A stretch of 248,000 bases of DNA from Wallemia ichthyophaga EXF-994 (lineage: Eukaryota; Fungi; Basidiomycota). Positions 111,698 through 126,929 of this stretch are shown in pieces. The position numbers were made by a program, and so were the translations under genes. The notes beneath the pieces were generated by a model that did not search any database, was not told the origin of the DNA, and saw nothing but the letters and a program-made list of their open reading frames with translations. The stretch spans positions 20,001 to 268,000 of the forward strand of contig NW_008806284.1 of assembly GCF_000400465.1 (NCBI RefSeq), written 5' to 3'. Positions within the stretch are counted from its first letter, which is position 1, and each line of letters begins with the position of its first letter.

Positions 111698-114600
111698 TGG
111701 CCGAGCGCCCCATCCAAGTGAGATTTATAATTTATATCTTATAATCCTGTCTTACGCGTTTAAGTTCTCTGAACATTTACAACTCACTGCTCTGGGTATC
111801 AACCCCGCCAGCATCAGCTTCCAGACACTAACCATGTCCTCTGACAAGTTCATCTGTGTCCGTGAAGGCGATGGTGGGGCAACTCCAAAGCAAGTCGTTA
111901 TCGTCGATCTCAACGACATCAACAACGTTATCAGAAGGCCTATATCTGCTGATTCTGCTATTATGCATCCAGATAGAAAACTCATCGCGTTAAAAGCAGG
112001 TAAACAGCTACAGCTTTTCAACCTTGAGCTTAAGCAGAAAGTCAAATCTCACCTCTCAAACGATGACGTCGTCTACTGGTCCTGGTTGAATCAATCCACT
112101 CTGGGTCTTGTCACTGATTCATCCGTTTTTCACTGGGATATCGATGCTATCGGTGAAAATGCCCCTGTCAAAGTTTTTGATCGTCATCCAAATCTCGCCG
112201 GTTCCCAAATTATCAACTATAGATCCACTGAAGATGGTAAATGGATGGCCCTCATTGGTATTGCCAGCAACTCCAACCCAGACGGCTTTCGCATCAAGGG
112301 CGCAATGCAGCTTTACTCACGTGATAGAGGCGTTTCTCAACCAATAGAAGGTCACGCTGCTGCCTTCTCTGAACTAAAACTCGATGGAAACGCAAACCCT
112401 TCGAAGCTCTTCGCTTTCGCTGTCCGTACTGGCTCAGGCGCCAAACTTCACATTGTCGAAATTGACTACCAAAGTGGTCAAACGCCATACACAAAGAAAG
112501 CTATCGATGTCTTTTTCCCCGCCGAAGCTGCAACGGATTTCCCCGTCGCAATGCAAATATCCAAGAAATACGGCATCATCTATTTGATTACAAAGTTTGG
112601 CTTTGTTCATCTCTATGATATCGAAAACGGTGCTTGCATCTACATGAATAGAATTTCTGGTGATACCGTCTTTGTCACTGCTGAACACGAAGCCACAGAT
112701 GGTTTGATTGGTGTAAATAGAAAGGGCCAAGTTTTATCCGTTTCAATTGACGAGAATACCGTAATTCCTTACATTCTTAGCACTCTCAATAACGTTGAGT
112801 TAGCATTCAAGCTCGCAAGTCGTGGAAACCTTCCAGGTGCTGATGACTTGTATTTGGCTCAATACCAGAATCTCATGGCTAACCAACAATACAATGATGC
112901 TGCCAAGATCGCTGCTAACTCTCCACGTGGCATTCTTCGTACCCCAACCACCATTGAACAATTCAAGTCTCTTCCAGCTGTACCAGGTCAATTATCGCCT
113001 ATACTTCAATACTTTGGTATCCTTTTGGAAAAGGGCGAGCTCAACAAGTTTGAATCACTTGAGCTTTCTCGTCCTGTTCTTCAGCAAGGTCGCAAGCAAC
113101 TCCTCGAAAAGTGGTTGAAAGAGAATAAATTGGAGTGTTCTGAGGAGCTTGGTGATATTGTCCGCTTGCACGACATGACTCTTGCTCTGTCAATTTACTT
113201 ACGCGCAAACATTCCGAACAAAGTTGTTGCAAGCTTTGCAGAGACTGGTCAATTCAACAAAATTCTCGTCTACTCTCAAAAAGTCAACTACACGCCAGAT
113301 TACGCTTTGTTGATGCAGCACATTGTCCGCGTCAACCCAGACCAAGCTGCCGAATTTGCCAGTCAAATTGTCAACGATGAGGCTGGTCCAAAAATTGACA
113401 TTGAGAGGGTGGTTGATGTTTTCCTTGGTCAAAATCTCATCCAGCAAGCTACTTCCTTCTTACTGGATGCTCTTAAGGAAAACAAGCCAGAGCAGGGTCA
113501 CTTACAGACTCGCTTGTTAGAGATTAATCTCATCAACGCTCCTCAAGTAGCCGATGCTATTCTTGGAAATGCCATGTTTACTCACTTTGATCACCCACGC
113601 ATCGCAAACTTGTGTGAAAAAGCTGGTTTACTTCAACGTGCATTGGAGTTATACCAAGATACCAATGACCTCAAGCGTGTTGTCGTACATACTCCATTGC
113701 TCAATCAAGAATGGCTCGTAAATTACTTCGGTCAATTGACCGTTGATCAGACCTTTGCTTGTTTGAATGAAATGCTAAAGGTGAACATCAGACAAACGCT
113801 TCCAATGGTTGTTCAAATTGCTACAAAGTACAGCGAACTGCTTGGATCTCACAAGCTCATCGAGTTGTTTGAAAATTTCAAGACATTTGAAGGTCTTTAC
113901 TACTTCCTCGGATCAGTTGTTAACTTAAGTGAAGACTCTGAAGTTCACTTCAAGTATATTCAAGCTGCTACTCGTACCGGTCAAATTCGTGAAGTTGAGA
114001 GAATTGTTCGTGAATCCAACTTTTACAATCCAGAAAAAGTCAAAAACTTCCTGAAAGAAGTTAAGCTTCCTGATCAGCTTCCTCTTATCATCGTTTGTGA
114101 CAGATATGACTACGTCCACGATCTCGTTCTCTATCTCTTCCAAAACGGACTCACACAGTTCATTTCTACATATGTACAGCAAGTCAACTCAGCTCGTTTA
114201 CCTCAAGTTGTAGGTGGATTGTTAGATGTTGATTGTGATGAGCAAACCATCAAAAACTTGCTCTCATCTGTCTATGGGTTGTTCGATGTCAACGAGCTCG
114301 TTGATGAAGTTGAAAAGCGTAACCGCCTTAAATTGATCCTTCCTTGGCTTGAAGGACGCATCAACGCTGGTCAGGAAGATGCTGCTATTTACAATGCTTT
114401 GGCCAAGATCTACATTGACAGCAACAACAATCCAGAGCATTTCTTGAAAGAGAACAACATTTATGAACCACTCGTTGTTGGCAAATATTGTGAGAAGCGT
114501 GATCCATACCTCGCTTTCATTGCCTTCGCTAAGGGATTCTGCGATGACGAGTTGATTGCTATCACTAATGAAAATGGCATGTACAAGCACCAAGCACGCT

Positions 114601-117028
114601 ATCTCGTCAAGCGTCGTGATCTCGATCTTTGGGCTCAAGTTCTGAACGATGTCAACGAACACCGTCGTTTACTCATCGACCAAATATCGGCAGTTGCTAT
114701 TCCAGAATCGCAAAACCCAGATGATGTTTCTGTTGCAGTGAAGGCATTTATGACCGCTGGTCTGCAGCAAGAGCTCGTTGATATTCTCGAAAAAATCATT
114801 CTCAACCCAACTTCATTCAGCGACAACGGTAGCTTGCAGAACTTGCTCTTGTTAACTGCAATCAGAAGTGATCAAGGTAGAGTGATGAACTACATCAACA
114901 AGCTTCACAACTACGACTTTAACGAGATTGCCAAGATTGCGATTGACAATGACTTGCACGAAGAGGCTTTCACAGTATACAAGAAGCACGAAGCTCATCT
115001 CGAAGCACTTATCGTTCTCGTAGAGCATATCGTCTCTATCGACCGTGCCTTTGACTACACGAAAAAGATTAACGAGCCACCTCTCTGGGCTCGTCTTGCC
115101 AAAGCTCAACTCGACGGTTTAAGAATTACAGATGCGATTGAGTCTTACATCAAGGCGAACGATCCATCCAACTTTGTGGAAGTTATTGAGATGTCAGAGC
115201 GTGCTGAGAAGCATGAGGACTTGGTCAGATATTTACAAATGGCACGTAACACAGCTCGCGAGCCAAAGATTGACTCTACTCTTGTCTACTGTCTTTGCAA
115301 GACGGACAGACTTCAAGACGCCGAAGACTTCCTCCACATGACCAATGTTGCTGACGTACTTGAAGTCGGTGAGAAGTGTTTCAACGACGGTCTTTACTTG
115401 GCAGCCAAGGTTCTCTTCACCTCTATCTCCAATTACGCTAGATTGGCGACGACACTCATTTACCTCGAAGACAACCAAGCTGCAGTTGAGTGCGCTCGTA
115501 AGGCGGGCAATACACAAGTGTGGAAGCAGGTCTGTCTTGCTTGTGTTGATAAGGAAGACTTCAAATTGGCTAAGATTTGTGGTCTTAATTTGATTGTTCA
115601 CCCAGAAGAGCTCCAAGCTATCATTTCACTTTACGAGTCTCGCGGGTTATTCCAAGAAATGCTCGATCTCTTTGAGGCTGGTCTTGGTCTCGAGCGTGCC
115701 CACATGGGTCTCTTCACCGAGACTGCCATTGCATACGCTAAATATCAACCAGAGAGCATGTTTGAGCATCTGAAGTGGGTGCTATTTTCACTCTCGCGCT
115801 CAACTGACAATTATTGCAGGCTTTACGGCTCTCGTCTCAATATTCCTAAGGTCATCAAGTCCGCTAAAGAAGGACACCTCTGGTGGGTAATAAGTTACTA
115901 TTTAATGATATAACTAATTAGCAAACAGGAGAGAGCTTGTTTATCTTTACATTGCGTACGCTGAGTGGGATAACGCTGCACTCAACACTATCGAGCACAG
116001 CGCTGATGCATGGGACCACCAACAGTTCCGTGATGTACTCAGCAAGGTTGCAAATGCTGAGATATTCTACAAAGCACTTTCATTTTATCAGGAGCAGCAC
116101 CCAACGCTTCTGACAGACCTTTTAACAGCTCTCATTTCACGTATCGATCACTCGAGAGTAGTGTCAATGTTTAGACAATCAGACAACTTGCCATTGGTAC
116201 GAGCATACTTGATTGCAGTGCAGAACTTGGATGTTGCAGCTGTTAATGAGGCTGTTCATGATTTGTTGATTGAAGAGGAAGACTACCAGACGCTATTGGA
116301 TGTTATTGATCAATACCAAAGCTTCGATCAGCTTGGTTTAGCTGCAAGATTGGAACAGCATGAGCTGTTAGCTTTTAGAAGAATAGCAGCACATCTTTAC
116401 AAAGTCAACAAAAAGTACGAAGAATCTATCAACCTCTCTAAGAGCGATAAGCTTTACGTCGATGCTATACAGACCGCATCTACAAGTGAAGATGTTCAGG
116501 TATCAGAAGATTTATTGACTTATTGGGTTGATATTGGCAACAAAGAACTCTTCACCGCTCACTTATACCTTTGCTTTAAGCTGGTGAGACCGGATATCGT
116601 CGAGGAGTTGGCGTGGTTCAATGGACTCGAAGACTTTGCTAAACCATATCAATTTGAGTTGAGGAGACAGACTCAAGATCGTATCAAAGCACTTGAGAAA
116701 AAGGTCCAAGAGCAGGCTACTAAGTCTGCCAAGAAGGAGGAAGATGAAGATTCACAGCCAATTATGGGACCAGGATTTAATGTGAGTTTGCGTGACTGCT
116801 ACGGTGGATTCTCTGACAAAACGCATTAGCAAACGCTCATGATTGGTGGTCCATCAGGATGGAATGGTGCTAACGGGGTGACTCCTCAACAAACAGGTCT
116901 GATGCCTCAAGGTACTGGCATGATGCCACAGGGCACCGGTATGATGCCTCAAGCGACTGGATATCAAGGAGGTGTAAGTGGTGATAGTGTTGTGTGTCTT
117001 AGCTGACGGTGATCATAGTTTGGATACT
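111698..117028 (+). CDS. CHC1: Clathrin heavy chain
   Basis: [17 protein letters not shown] repeats, QPIMGPG. Confidence 0.98.
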
Positions 117029-117318
117029 AAAATGACTACAAAAGCTGATTTTTACTGAACTACTAAACAATATGTAAAATACATAACATCATTTCTGTTT
117101 CATCCGTGTGTCCGTCTCGTGAATGAAATGAAAATCGCAGGCCTGTGCGCCAAAAAAGGGTTGTGCAGCTGCAGGGCAAGAAAGAGAGGGCAGTATTCGA
117201 TAACTAGCTGCATCAATCAAACACCTTTCTCATTGTAACTTCTTGTGTATTATTCCACCCGCGTTACTCCGATTGAGCTGTGAACTGACTTTCTTCGTAA
117301 CCACCATCACCATCACTT

Positions 117319-120300
117319 ATGAGTGAATACAGTTTAGGCGTCCGCGTGTGAGGTGTACAGCAGCAGCACAGTTCTTTCTAACGGCGAGCAGGTGGATCGC
117401 AGACAAAGCAGAGGGATGGATTGGTGCTGAAGTCACTGCCCGCACTGAGGACGCGCTTACCTTTGTGGATGAAAGGGGCAACGTAAGATTCATATGTTGT
117501 ATCTCTCTAGCCGCCCCTAACTACCGGTCCCCAGGAAATCACAAAGAAAACGTCAGACAAGGACCTTCCTTTGTTACGAAACCCCGTTTTACTTGAAGGT
117601 ACAGACGATCTTGTCAATTTGTCATATCTGAATGAGGTGAGCTGTCTTTACTGGATGTTTTCAATCTCGCTCACCCCTCTGACAGCCAGCTGTCCTCTAT
117701 TCTATTAAGCGTCGCTACGCTCAACACTCCATTTATACCTACTCTGGAATCGTCCTTATAGCCGTGAATCCTTTCGCAAAGTTATCCGTTTATGGCCCTG
117801 CTATTATGCAGGCTTACTCTACGCGCAGGCGCGGTGAGCTGGAACCTCATATTTACGCTATAGCCCAAGATGCTCATGCATCCATGACAAGAGACAATAA
117901 AAATCAAACTATGGTTGTCTCTGGTGAATCTGGCGCTGGTAAAACCGTATCCGCTAGGCATATAATGCAATACCTCGCCTTCTTAGGCCAAGACGGTCCA
118001 GGCGGTGCTTCAAGTGGCACTGATGCTAGTATTCTCGCTACCAATCCTGTCATGGAAGCTTTCGGTAACGCCAAAACCATCCGTAATAACAACTCAAGTA
118101 GATTCGGTAGATACCTCAAAATCCTTTTCGATAATCAATGTAACATTATCGGAGCTCAAACTAGCATATACCTTCTCGAGAGGTCTCGATTAATATTTCA
118201 GCCTGAAGGTGAAAGAAATTATCACATCTTCCATCAGCTCTGCGCAGGTGTGCCACCTAAAGAGAGAGCTGAGCTACGTTTGGGTGCAAGCAGTGATTTC
118301 CATTACCTTAATCAAGGCGGTTCTGCTTTAATCCCAGGCGTGGATGACGCCGCTGAATTTGAAATAACACAAAAAGCCCTGTCTACTCTTGGTATTGGCG
118401 TTGAGAAGCAGTGGAATATCTTCAAACTTCTCGCTGCTCTCCTTCACCTCGGCAACGTCAAGATTGGCCAGACAAGAACAGATGCAACTCTTAGCGAAGA
118501 AGATGAAGCATTCCAAATCGCAACTGAATTCTTGGGTATTAGTCTTTCTGACTTTAAGAAGTGGACTGTTAAAAAACAGATTATTACACGTGGAGAGTCT
118601 ATTGTTAGTTCACTCAATGCCGCTCAAGCGAGCGTTGTCAGAGATTCTGTTGCTAAATATATCTACGCCTGTCTCTTTGATTGGCTGGTTGCTGTCCTCA
118701 ATGAAGCTTTGTACAAGAAAGAAGACTCTTCTAGGTTTAACAGCTTCATCGGTGTCTTGGATATTTATGGTTTCGAGCATTTCAAGCGCAACTCTTTCGA
118801 ACAGTTTTGCATCAATTATGCTAATGAGAAGTTGCAACAAGAGGTGGGTATTAGTAATTTTGCATGATGTTTTGCTAATTTGGCATTAGTTCAACGCGCA
118901 TGTCTTCAAACTTGAGCAAGATGAGTATATCAAGGAGGAGATACATTGGGAATTCATATCATTTTCTGATAATAGACCAACCATCGACATGATTGAAGGA
119001 AAACTTGGGATTCTTTCACTCTTAGATGAGGAGTCTAGGATGCCATCTGGAACCGATCAAAACTTCCTCGAGAAACTCCACACACAACTCACCAAACCAG
119101 AATACAAAGACATTTACAAGAAGCCAAGATTTGGTAATACTGCATTCACTGTTGCGCACTATGCCCACGATGTTGCCTACGAAGCTGAAGGTTTCCTTGA
119201 GAAAAACCGGGACACTGTACCAGACGAGCACCTTCAACTTCTTGGTAGTTCATCAAATGAGTTCCTTCGCGAGGTCATCGAGATTGCTGTTGCATCAAAC
119301 GCAGCGGCTACTCCACCTACATCTACCGCGGCTAACAACGTAGCAGTTGGCCGCCGACAAAACCTCAAGAAGCCAACACTTGGATCTATCTTCAAGAGCT
119401 CTTTGATCTCGCTGATGGAAACTATCAACGACACCAATGCACATTACATCCGCTGTATAAAGCCAAACGAGCACAAAAAAGCCTGGGATATAGATTCACA
119501 GCAAGTCTTGTCTCAACTTCGTGCGTGTGGTGTTCTCGAGACAATCAAGATATCGAGTGCAGGTTATCCGACAAGATGGTCGTATGCAGAGTTTACTGAT
119601 CGTTACTACCCACTTGTTAGCTCAGATCACTGGATGGGTGATATGAAAGGTCTATGCCTTCAAATTCTGCAAGATAACATTAAGGATGAAGACAAATACC
119701 AAATTGGTCTTTCTAAGATATTCTTCAGAGCTGGAATGTTGGCCTATCTGGAGAAGTTACGTGCTGATCGTCTCAATGCTCTTGTCACTCTGATACAGAA
119801 GAATATCCTGAGATTTTTACATGTCAAATATTACAAAAAGATTCGTAACGCCACGCTTACTATCCAAACCTGGTGGAGAAGAGCTCTGGCTATTAGATAC
119901 GTCGAGAAGCTTCGTCGTGATACCATCATCTTTAGATTACAAAGCGCTGGTCGTAGGAAGTTGGCTGTGGGCAAGTTCCAAGCAGCTCGCAAGATAGTTA
120001 TTCTTAGTCAAGCTCGTAAGTGATTAACCATGCGAACAAAAGACTTTCTGACCATTTAACTAGACATTCGTGGTATGCAAGCAAGAGTTGGATTTGTAGA
120101 CTTCAAGTACAGATCATCTGCACTCACATTGCAGCGCGTTGCACGTGGAGTGTGAGTGGAGCTTATTTGTTTTCTTTTTACATTCCCAGCTAATTATATA
120201 ACAGTATCGTACGTCGTGAACATGATAAGTCGCTTCGGGGTATAATTCACTTGCAAGCTTGCTACAGACGTATACTTGCTCGTAAAGAGTTCAAGCAGCT

Positions 120301-122365
120301 CAAGAGCGAAGCACGCTCTGTTGCACACATCCAAGAAGTCTCCTACAAACTTGAAAACAAGGTCGTCGAACTCACTCAAAATCTTCAAAAGACTCGTGAG
120401 GAGAAAAAGGATCTCACACGCCGTTGCAATCAACTTGAGAAGCAACTTGGAAATATGCAAAATCGTCACGAGGACAGCGATCAGCGTTTGAAGGAGATGA
120501 TGAATGAGTTGGCTAAGCCTACTGTGGGATTATCTGACTTCAATGAACTTGAATTATTTAAGCGTGATCTTCAAACTCAAGTTTCGACACTCAAAATCGA
120601 TGTCCAGGAACGTGATAAACAAATTAGACAACATAAGGACGAGTTGACCCATCAAGCACAAGAGATCGACAGTAAGAGTGCACAAGCAGCAGAATCTGCT
120701 GCTCGTGCAGCTGACGAAACAATCGTAAATCAACTTAAGACTGAGATTGTTAGTCTTAAGGACCAGCTTCATCGTGCAAACACTCTTAATGCACTAGAGC
120801 ATGGAAGTGCGAAATCGAAACAGATCACCGCACCAACGTTCTCAATGCATCTCGGCAAATCTAATGAGAACGTTGCTGCACTTGTGAATGGTGCCAACAG
120901 TCCTACAGTCGAGGGTAATCCTTCTGATGCACTCGAAGCTCTTGGTTTACCTCCAAACAAACGTCGTCAACGTAGACACTCAGCTAATGGCGCTTTCTTG
121001 GAGCAGAACGGAGAAGGACGGGATTCATCAGATGAAGCACTTTCTGCTGGTAAACGCAATGAGGCCACCCCACGTGCTGTGTCGGTTGCATACCCGTCAG
121101 CTGAGACTGCTAACAAGCTGAAGGGTTTGAACGGACGTGCATATTTCCCAGAAGTGCTTGACGATCCATCTGAAGAGATGATCAAGTTGTTGGAGGATGA
121201 GCAGAGTATTGATGAAGACATATTGGTCACAATGATTCATGAACTCAAAGTACCCCTCCCAAGCTTGCAGAACCCACCTTCTGCCAAGGAAGTACTTTTC
121301 CCAGCCCACATAATGTCACTTGTCACCAACGAAATGTGGAAGTACTGTCTTATCATGGAGAGCGAGAGACTATTGGCAAACGTTATGCAAACAATCCAGC
121401 AGCATGTCATGAGCTTCCAAGGGGAGGATGCGATCGTACCAGGATTATTCTGGTTGTCTAACGTACACGAGGTATGGTCATTCGTGTGCGTGACTGAGGA
121501 TGATATGCTCCAGGGCATTGTTCCAGGTGGCGATGACCCAGACCGTCCGCTTGACTGGCCAGCTTATGAGCAACTCATCACTGTCGTCAAGCACGATCTC
121601 GAGAGTTTGGAGTACAACATTTACTTTGCATTTATGGAAGAAACCAAGAAAAAGTTGCGCAAGATGATTGTACCTGCGCTCATTGAATCACAATCACTAC
121701 CAGGCTTTATCACCTCCGACACTGGTGGTAGACTGTTCAACAGACTGCTGCAAGGCAACTCACACCCAGCCTTCAGCATGGATGACATACTAAACTTGCT
121801 CAACAAGGTATGGAAGTGTCTTAAATCATACCGCCTTGACGAGCCGGTCGTCCTGCAAGTAATGACTGAATTATTACGACTTATTGGAAACGTTGGCTTT
121901 AATGACCTGTTGATGAGACGCAATTTCAATTCATGGAAGCGTGCAATGCAAATTCAATACAACTTGACGAGGCTGGAGGAATGGTGCAAGAGTCACGATC
122001 TTCCAGAAGGCTGCTTGCACCTGGAGTACATGATGCAAGCCACCAAGCTTCTTCAACTGAAGAAAGCAACTACCCAAGACATGGAGATCATTTTCGACGT
122101 CTGTTGGATTCTGTCACCATCTCAGCTCCACAAGCTTATCACTGGCTACATGATCGCTGATTACGAAAGCCCACTGTCGCCGCACGTCCTGCAGACCGTC
122201 AGCGCTAGACTGTCCAGTGACAGAAATGATCATCTTTTACTTGCAGAAGAGGAAGGTTCGAACTTTGAGCTACCGCAGCCACGTCAAGTCATAGGATTAG
122301 ATCTTTACATTCCTGGAACGGTGAGCGTTCCTCACCTGCGCCGTATCGCCGGCTTGGCTGCTTAG
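117319..122365 (+). CDS. MYO2: Class V myosin
   Basis: GESGAGKT, IQ motifs, coiled coil, DIL domain. Confidence 0.97.
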
Positions 122366-122674
122366 AGATGTGGACAGTTTTTCACTTTGATTTCAATCTC
122401 ACTCCGTAACGATATGTGCATGTGCAAGAGGATTTGTGTTTAAAATACTATGAATTCAAATAATTTTCTGATTTATTTCGTTTTTGTGAGGAGTGTCGGT
122501 GTGCGAATGTTGAGGCTGAAGAAGATTTTCAAGTCGCAGCACTTCGGATCATATCAAGTAGATTTCCTTATTAGTGATTGAAACTTTAGTTGAGGAAGTG
122601 CACCCCACCCTCTAAAATATTTATGTCTTAATAAAGTCATCATAATAACATCAAAATTACAAAATACAATATCT

Positions 122675-125296
122675 TTATTCACCCTTAACGAGTTGAGGCA
122701 GCTTACCCAAATCCTCATGATCAGCTCCAGTTTCATTGGCATACTTCTCCATATTCCTACCCTCATGCAGCCAATTCGTGCCGTAGAGGTGAGCGACAGT
122801 GGATGCGTGTGACTGTGGCGAGTAGTGCGCGACTTCTTTAATAGCCCTATCCGCAACTTGGAATCTGGATACCTTGTTCCAGTGAAGCATCAACCAAGGT
122901 GTAGTTGTGGTGCCGTTCTCCTTGTAAGAATCAATTGAGAATCGTCCCCTGTTAAGTGAGTGTTCTCTCTGGAACAGAAGAGAGGAAACTTGTAAAGCAT
123001 AACCGTGGTAACTGATCAACACTGGCTTTTCTTTGGTAAAGAGACTGTTGAATGAGTTTTCATCTAATGCGTGTGGATGATCTTGCTTGTTTCCAGCCAA
123101 AATCATAAGGTCGTAAATGTTCACCACCCTTACTCTCACTCCAGAGTTTCTCAAAAGCACACTCGCAGCTAACACTTCGAATGTAACCTCTGTACCGATA
123201 CCGACGAGTACGACTTCTGGATCAACACCTTGGTCTGTTGAGTACTCCTTCCAAACACTAGCACCGGCAATACAATGCTTTTCGGCTTGGTCTGCGGACA
123301 TCAATACAGGTCCGGGTTGCTTGCTGCCGACAATCTGCACGACTCGTTAGTTAGTTGATCGCAACAATCTTCCGTACGCACCAAGTTGAGGTAATTTTTT
123401 GACCTCAAGCAGTGAGCGATGCATGAAAGCGTAGTATTGACGTCTATTGGGAAGTAGATTCTCGAAAGGTGCGCAGGGAAAGTCTGGAAGGTGGATATTA
123501 ATCCAGGCGCTTGGTGTGAGTAACCGTTGTGTTCTTGTCTCCATAAGGTACTCGTCGCAATGTAGTTAAGCGAGCTGACATCACCTCTGAACTGTACCTC
123601 TTTGCACGACTTGATAAATTTGGAATACTGAGTCATCATCGTGGCTGCAATGCCTAGGAAGGCTTCATACGAAGGGAATAAACCTGTGCGGCCTGTGAGA
123701 GTGTATCCTTGCAAGAAGCCTTGAAGTGTGTGTTCTGAGAGCATCTCAATTACTCTGCCTCCCTTGTGTGCACTTTCAGGGTCCCATTGGAAGTCACGGC
123801 TAGTGACGTCGAAAACTTTGTGCAGCTTGTTCGACTCCAGCTCATCAGGACTGAACATTCTAAATGTTTCTGGATTTTGCTTCATGACATCGGCAAGGAA
123901 CTCGCCTGTAGCAATCATTGGCGAGTATGTTTCACCTTGACTCTTAGTGTGATTCTTCCATTGAGGAACATTGAGCGATTGATGTGCGTCGTAAGTTTCT
124001 TTCACTTGGCCAAGTCTGAGTGACTCTTTTGCTGGGACAATCGAGAGAGCTTCTTTATCGACAAACTCACCATCCTCCTTCTCAAGGTTGAAAATTTCAT
124101 CCGGCTGGTACGACTTCAACCACTTACCAAGAACTGAGAATTCCTCATCATCTGATTTACACTTAGGAAGTGGAACTTGGTGGGAGTGGAAAGAGCCTTC
124201 GAGAGGTGTGTTGTGGATTTGGCGTGGACCGGTGTAACCCTTTGGAGTTCTCAACACAATGAATGGGAAGCGAGGTTTTTCGATTGGGTTTCCAGATCTA
124301 GCAGCGTGCTGAATTTTGCGGATCTCACCATAAGCCCATTCCATAGAAACAGCAAGATCGGCATTAACTCTGCGGTCTTTCTCCGTATGCTCCTCAAATG
124401 AGCTAGCGAGCGGTCCGTACTCAACGAAACGGACCTGGTAGCCATATCCACTGTACAGTGCGACAAGCTCAAGATCGTCAGCCGCACCTGGAATGGTACG
124501 TTCGCTAATTTTGTAACCGTTTACATGAAGAATAGGCAACACTGCACCTGATTCTGCCGGATCGATGAATTTGTGTGAGTGCAAACTAGCAGCCGTAGGC
124601 CCTGTTTCAGATTCACCATCACCGATGACGCAAACTGCGATCATATCCGGCTTATCCATGATAGCGCCGAAAGAAACAGCAAGAGCATAGCCTAGCTCAC
124701 CACCCTCGTGAATACTGCCTGGGACTTGTGCGGAAACGTGCGATGGGAAGGTACCGCCTGGGAAAGAGAAGCAGCGTGCGAAAGCTTCGAAGCCATCCTT
124801 GTTCATGGTGTACTGAGGATAGAATTTAGTGATGGAGCCTTCCAAGAATAAGCTGGCGAGAATTGCAGGTGCACCGTGACCAGGGCCAGTGACGAAGATG
124901 GATTTGAGATCGGTGCCTTCTTTCTCGCGGCGCTTGATAAGCGCGTTGGTGTGGGCGTAAACGAGGTTTAGGCCCGGGCAGGTACCAAAGTGACCAAGCA
125001 AGCGTGGCTTGATATCGTCCTTGCTAAGCTGGCGGCTGAGTAAGGTGTTGCTTTTTAAGAAAATCATGGAAACAGCGATGAAGTTGGCGCTGTGGGTAGT
125101 GTAAGCGTGAATTTAGCAGTGAATATGGAACTCACGCTCTCTGGAAAGCTATCAAGCCATTCAGATTCCAATCAGCCTCGTTCTTGAGTACTGAATCTAC
125201 ATTCAAATCAACAGCGAGCTTGCTAAGGTCCTTAGGTAGCTGCGATGGGCGAGGCTCTTCACCTCTGTTTTGGGCGTCGATGATATTATGTGTCAT
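122675..125296 (-). CDS. XFP: Xylulose-5-P/fructose-6-P phosphoketolase
   Basis: KPRLLGHFGTCPGL, GPGHG, HEGGELGY, GDGESETGP, QEHNGYSHQ. Confidence 0.97.
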
Positions 125297-125373
125297 GAAT
125301 GTTTGGTGCAAGGAGCGATTGGTTGTATCCACACGGGGTGTAATCATTGATGACATCATACAAATAAACAAAT

Positions 125374-126702
125374 CTACAAACTCAGAGTCATCTTGGCTTG
125401 ACGAGCTGCTTCTCCCTCCTCATCTGTCCAGCAGACGTATGCTGGAATCTTGCTTGTGTCGTTGCTGAGTGCAAATGCACCGTCTGCTTCTCTATCGCCC
125501 GCCTGTTCATTGAGCGAGTCGACGACAGATACGCCGAACACACTAAGTCTATCCGCGACATCTTTCCTCAACCTTGCTGACTTCTCTCCGATGCCACCGC
125601 TAAAGACCAGCGCATCGATCGCCTTCTTTGGGTGAGTCCCGAAGGACAGTTTCTGTAGATACGCGAGAAGATACTGTGTGAGTCTGTCCAAATAAACAGC
125701 ATATGCCAGAGCGAAAGCATTTGGCATTTCCTCTTGATACCATGGTTTCCAGCATTCAGCATCCGCTTCTGGAATTTCCTCTAAAATTTTCCCGAAGTTG
125801 GACGTACCGCACAAGCCGACGAATCCACCTTGCTTATTCATGACATACTCACCTCTCGATACGCGCATGCCATTAACGTCGACAGTCTCTGCGACGTCGC
125901 GAATCAAGTGGAAGATAAGTGTAGGGTCGATCGAACCTGTTCTGCTCCCACCCGGCAGACCTGCTTTATGTCAGAAAACACCACTAATACACTTCAACAC
126001 ACCTTCCAGTGGTGTCAGACCCATCGTTGTGTCGACTGAGATGCCATTCTTGATCGCGCACGCACTACCTCCACTGCCTAGATGTGCGACGACAATACTG
126101 GTCTCTGTTTCCTTTTTACCTAGCTTGGATGCCACTGACCGGAGTATACTGTGGTAGGACAGACCGTGCGCGCCGTACTTCTGCAGCGGAATGCGTGGCT
126201 CGTGGTCCGGCTTGCCGATCGCATACTTGCGCACTGCTTCCGGTAGAGTGCGATGGAAAAGCGTGTCGAACACTATCACCGCTGGCGATGCAGGCAAATG
126301 CTCAAGAACAGCCTCGAGCGCCATCAGTGCTGGTTTGTTGTGCAAAGGGGCAAACGCGCTGATTCTGTCGAGGTCCTTGAGTTTGTCGGAGTGCTCCTGC
126401 GTCACTACGATTGGCTTGTCGATGTCGCCCCCGTGTACAACTCTATGTGACGTAGCGGTGATGTCGTTCGGTTGCAGCTCGAGTGCACGGAAAACCTTAT
126501 CAAGAAGCGTCTTGAAGACATCGTTGTAGGCTGTGCCTTTGCTAATGCTCTCGGAGACGTTCGCTCCGCTGCCGCTGATCTTGATCATGGGCTCCTCAGA
126601 AATGTTCGACGCTCCACCGGATGCGAGTGGCGTGAGGTCTGTGCTGAAGAGCTTGAATTTAATACTTGAGCTCCCACAATTAAATGCGATAATTTTTGTC
126701 AT
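125374..126702 (-). CDS. ACK: Acetate kinase
   Basis: FNCGSSSIKF, HRVVHGG, HLGSGGS, TTMGLTPLEG, FSGGIGE, TDEE. Confidence 0.97.
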
Positions 126703-126929
126703 GATTGTTGAGCACGAACAACTTTATCCATCAAATGACATCATCTGGGAGTACTGGTCAGGATCTCTATTTTTAACCACAGTCGATAGAGTCAATTGTG
126801 TAAGAGCTATTATAAATAACCGAAAGCATCTATTCTCGCATTCTGAGCGATGAAAATTTCATCTTGTTGCTTGTCTCAGCGACTTCCACCGTGCTAAAAC
126901 GCGTTATTACAAGAAAAATATTCATTACC

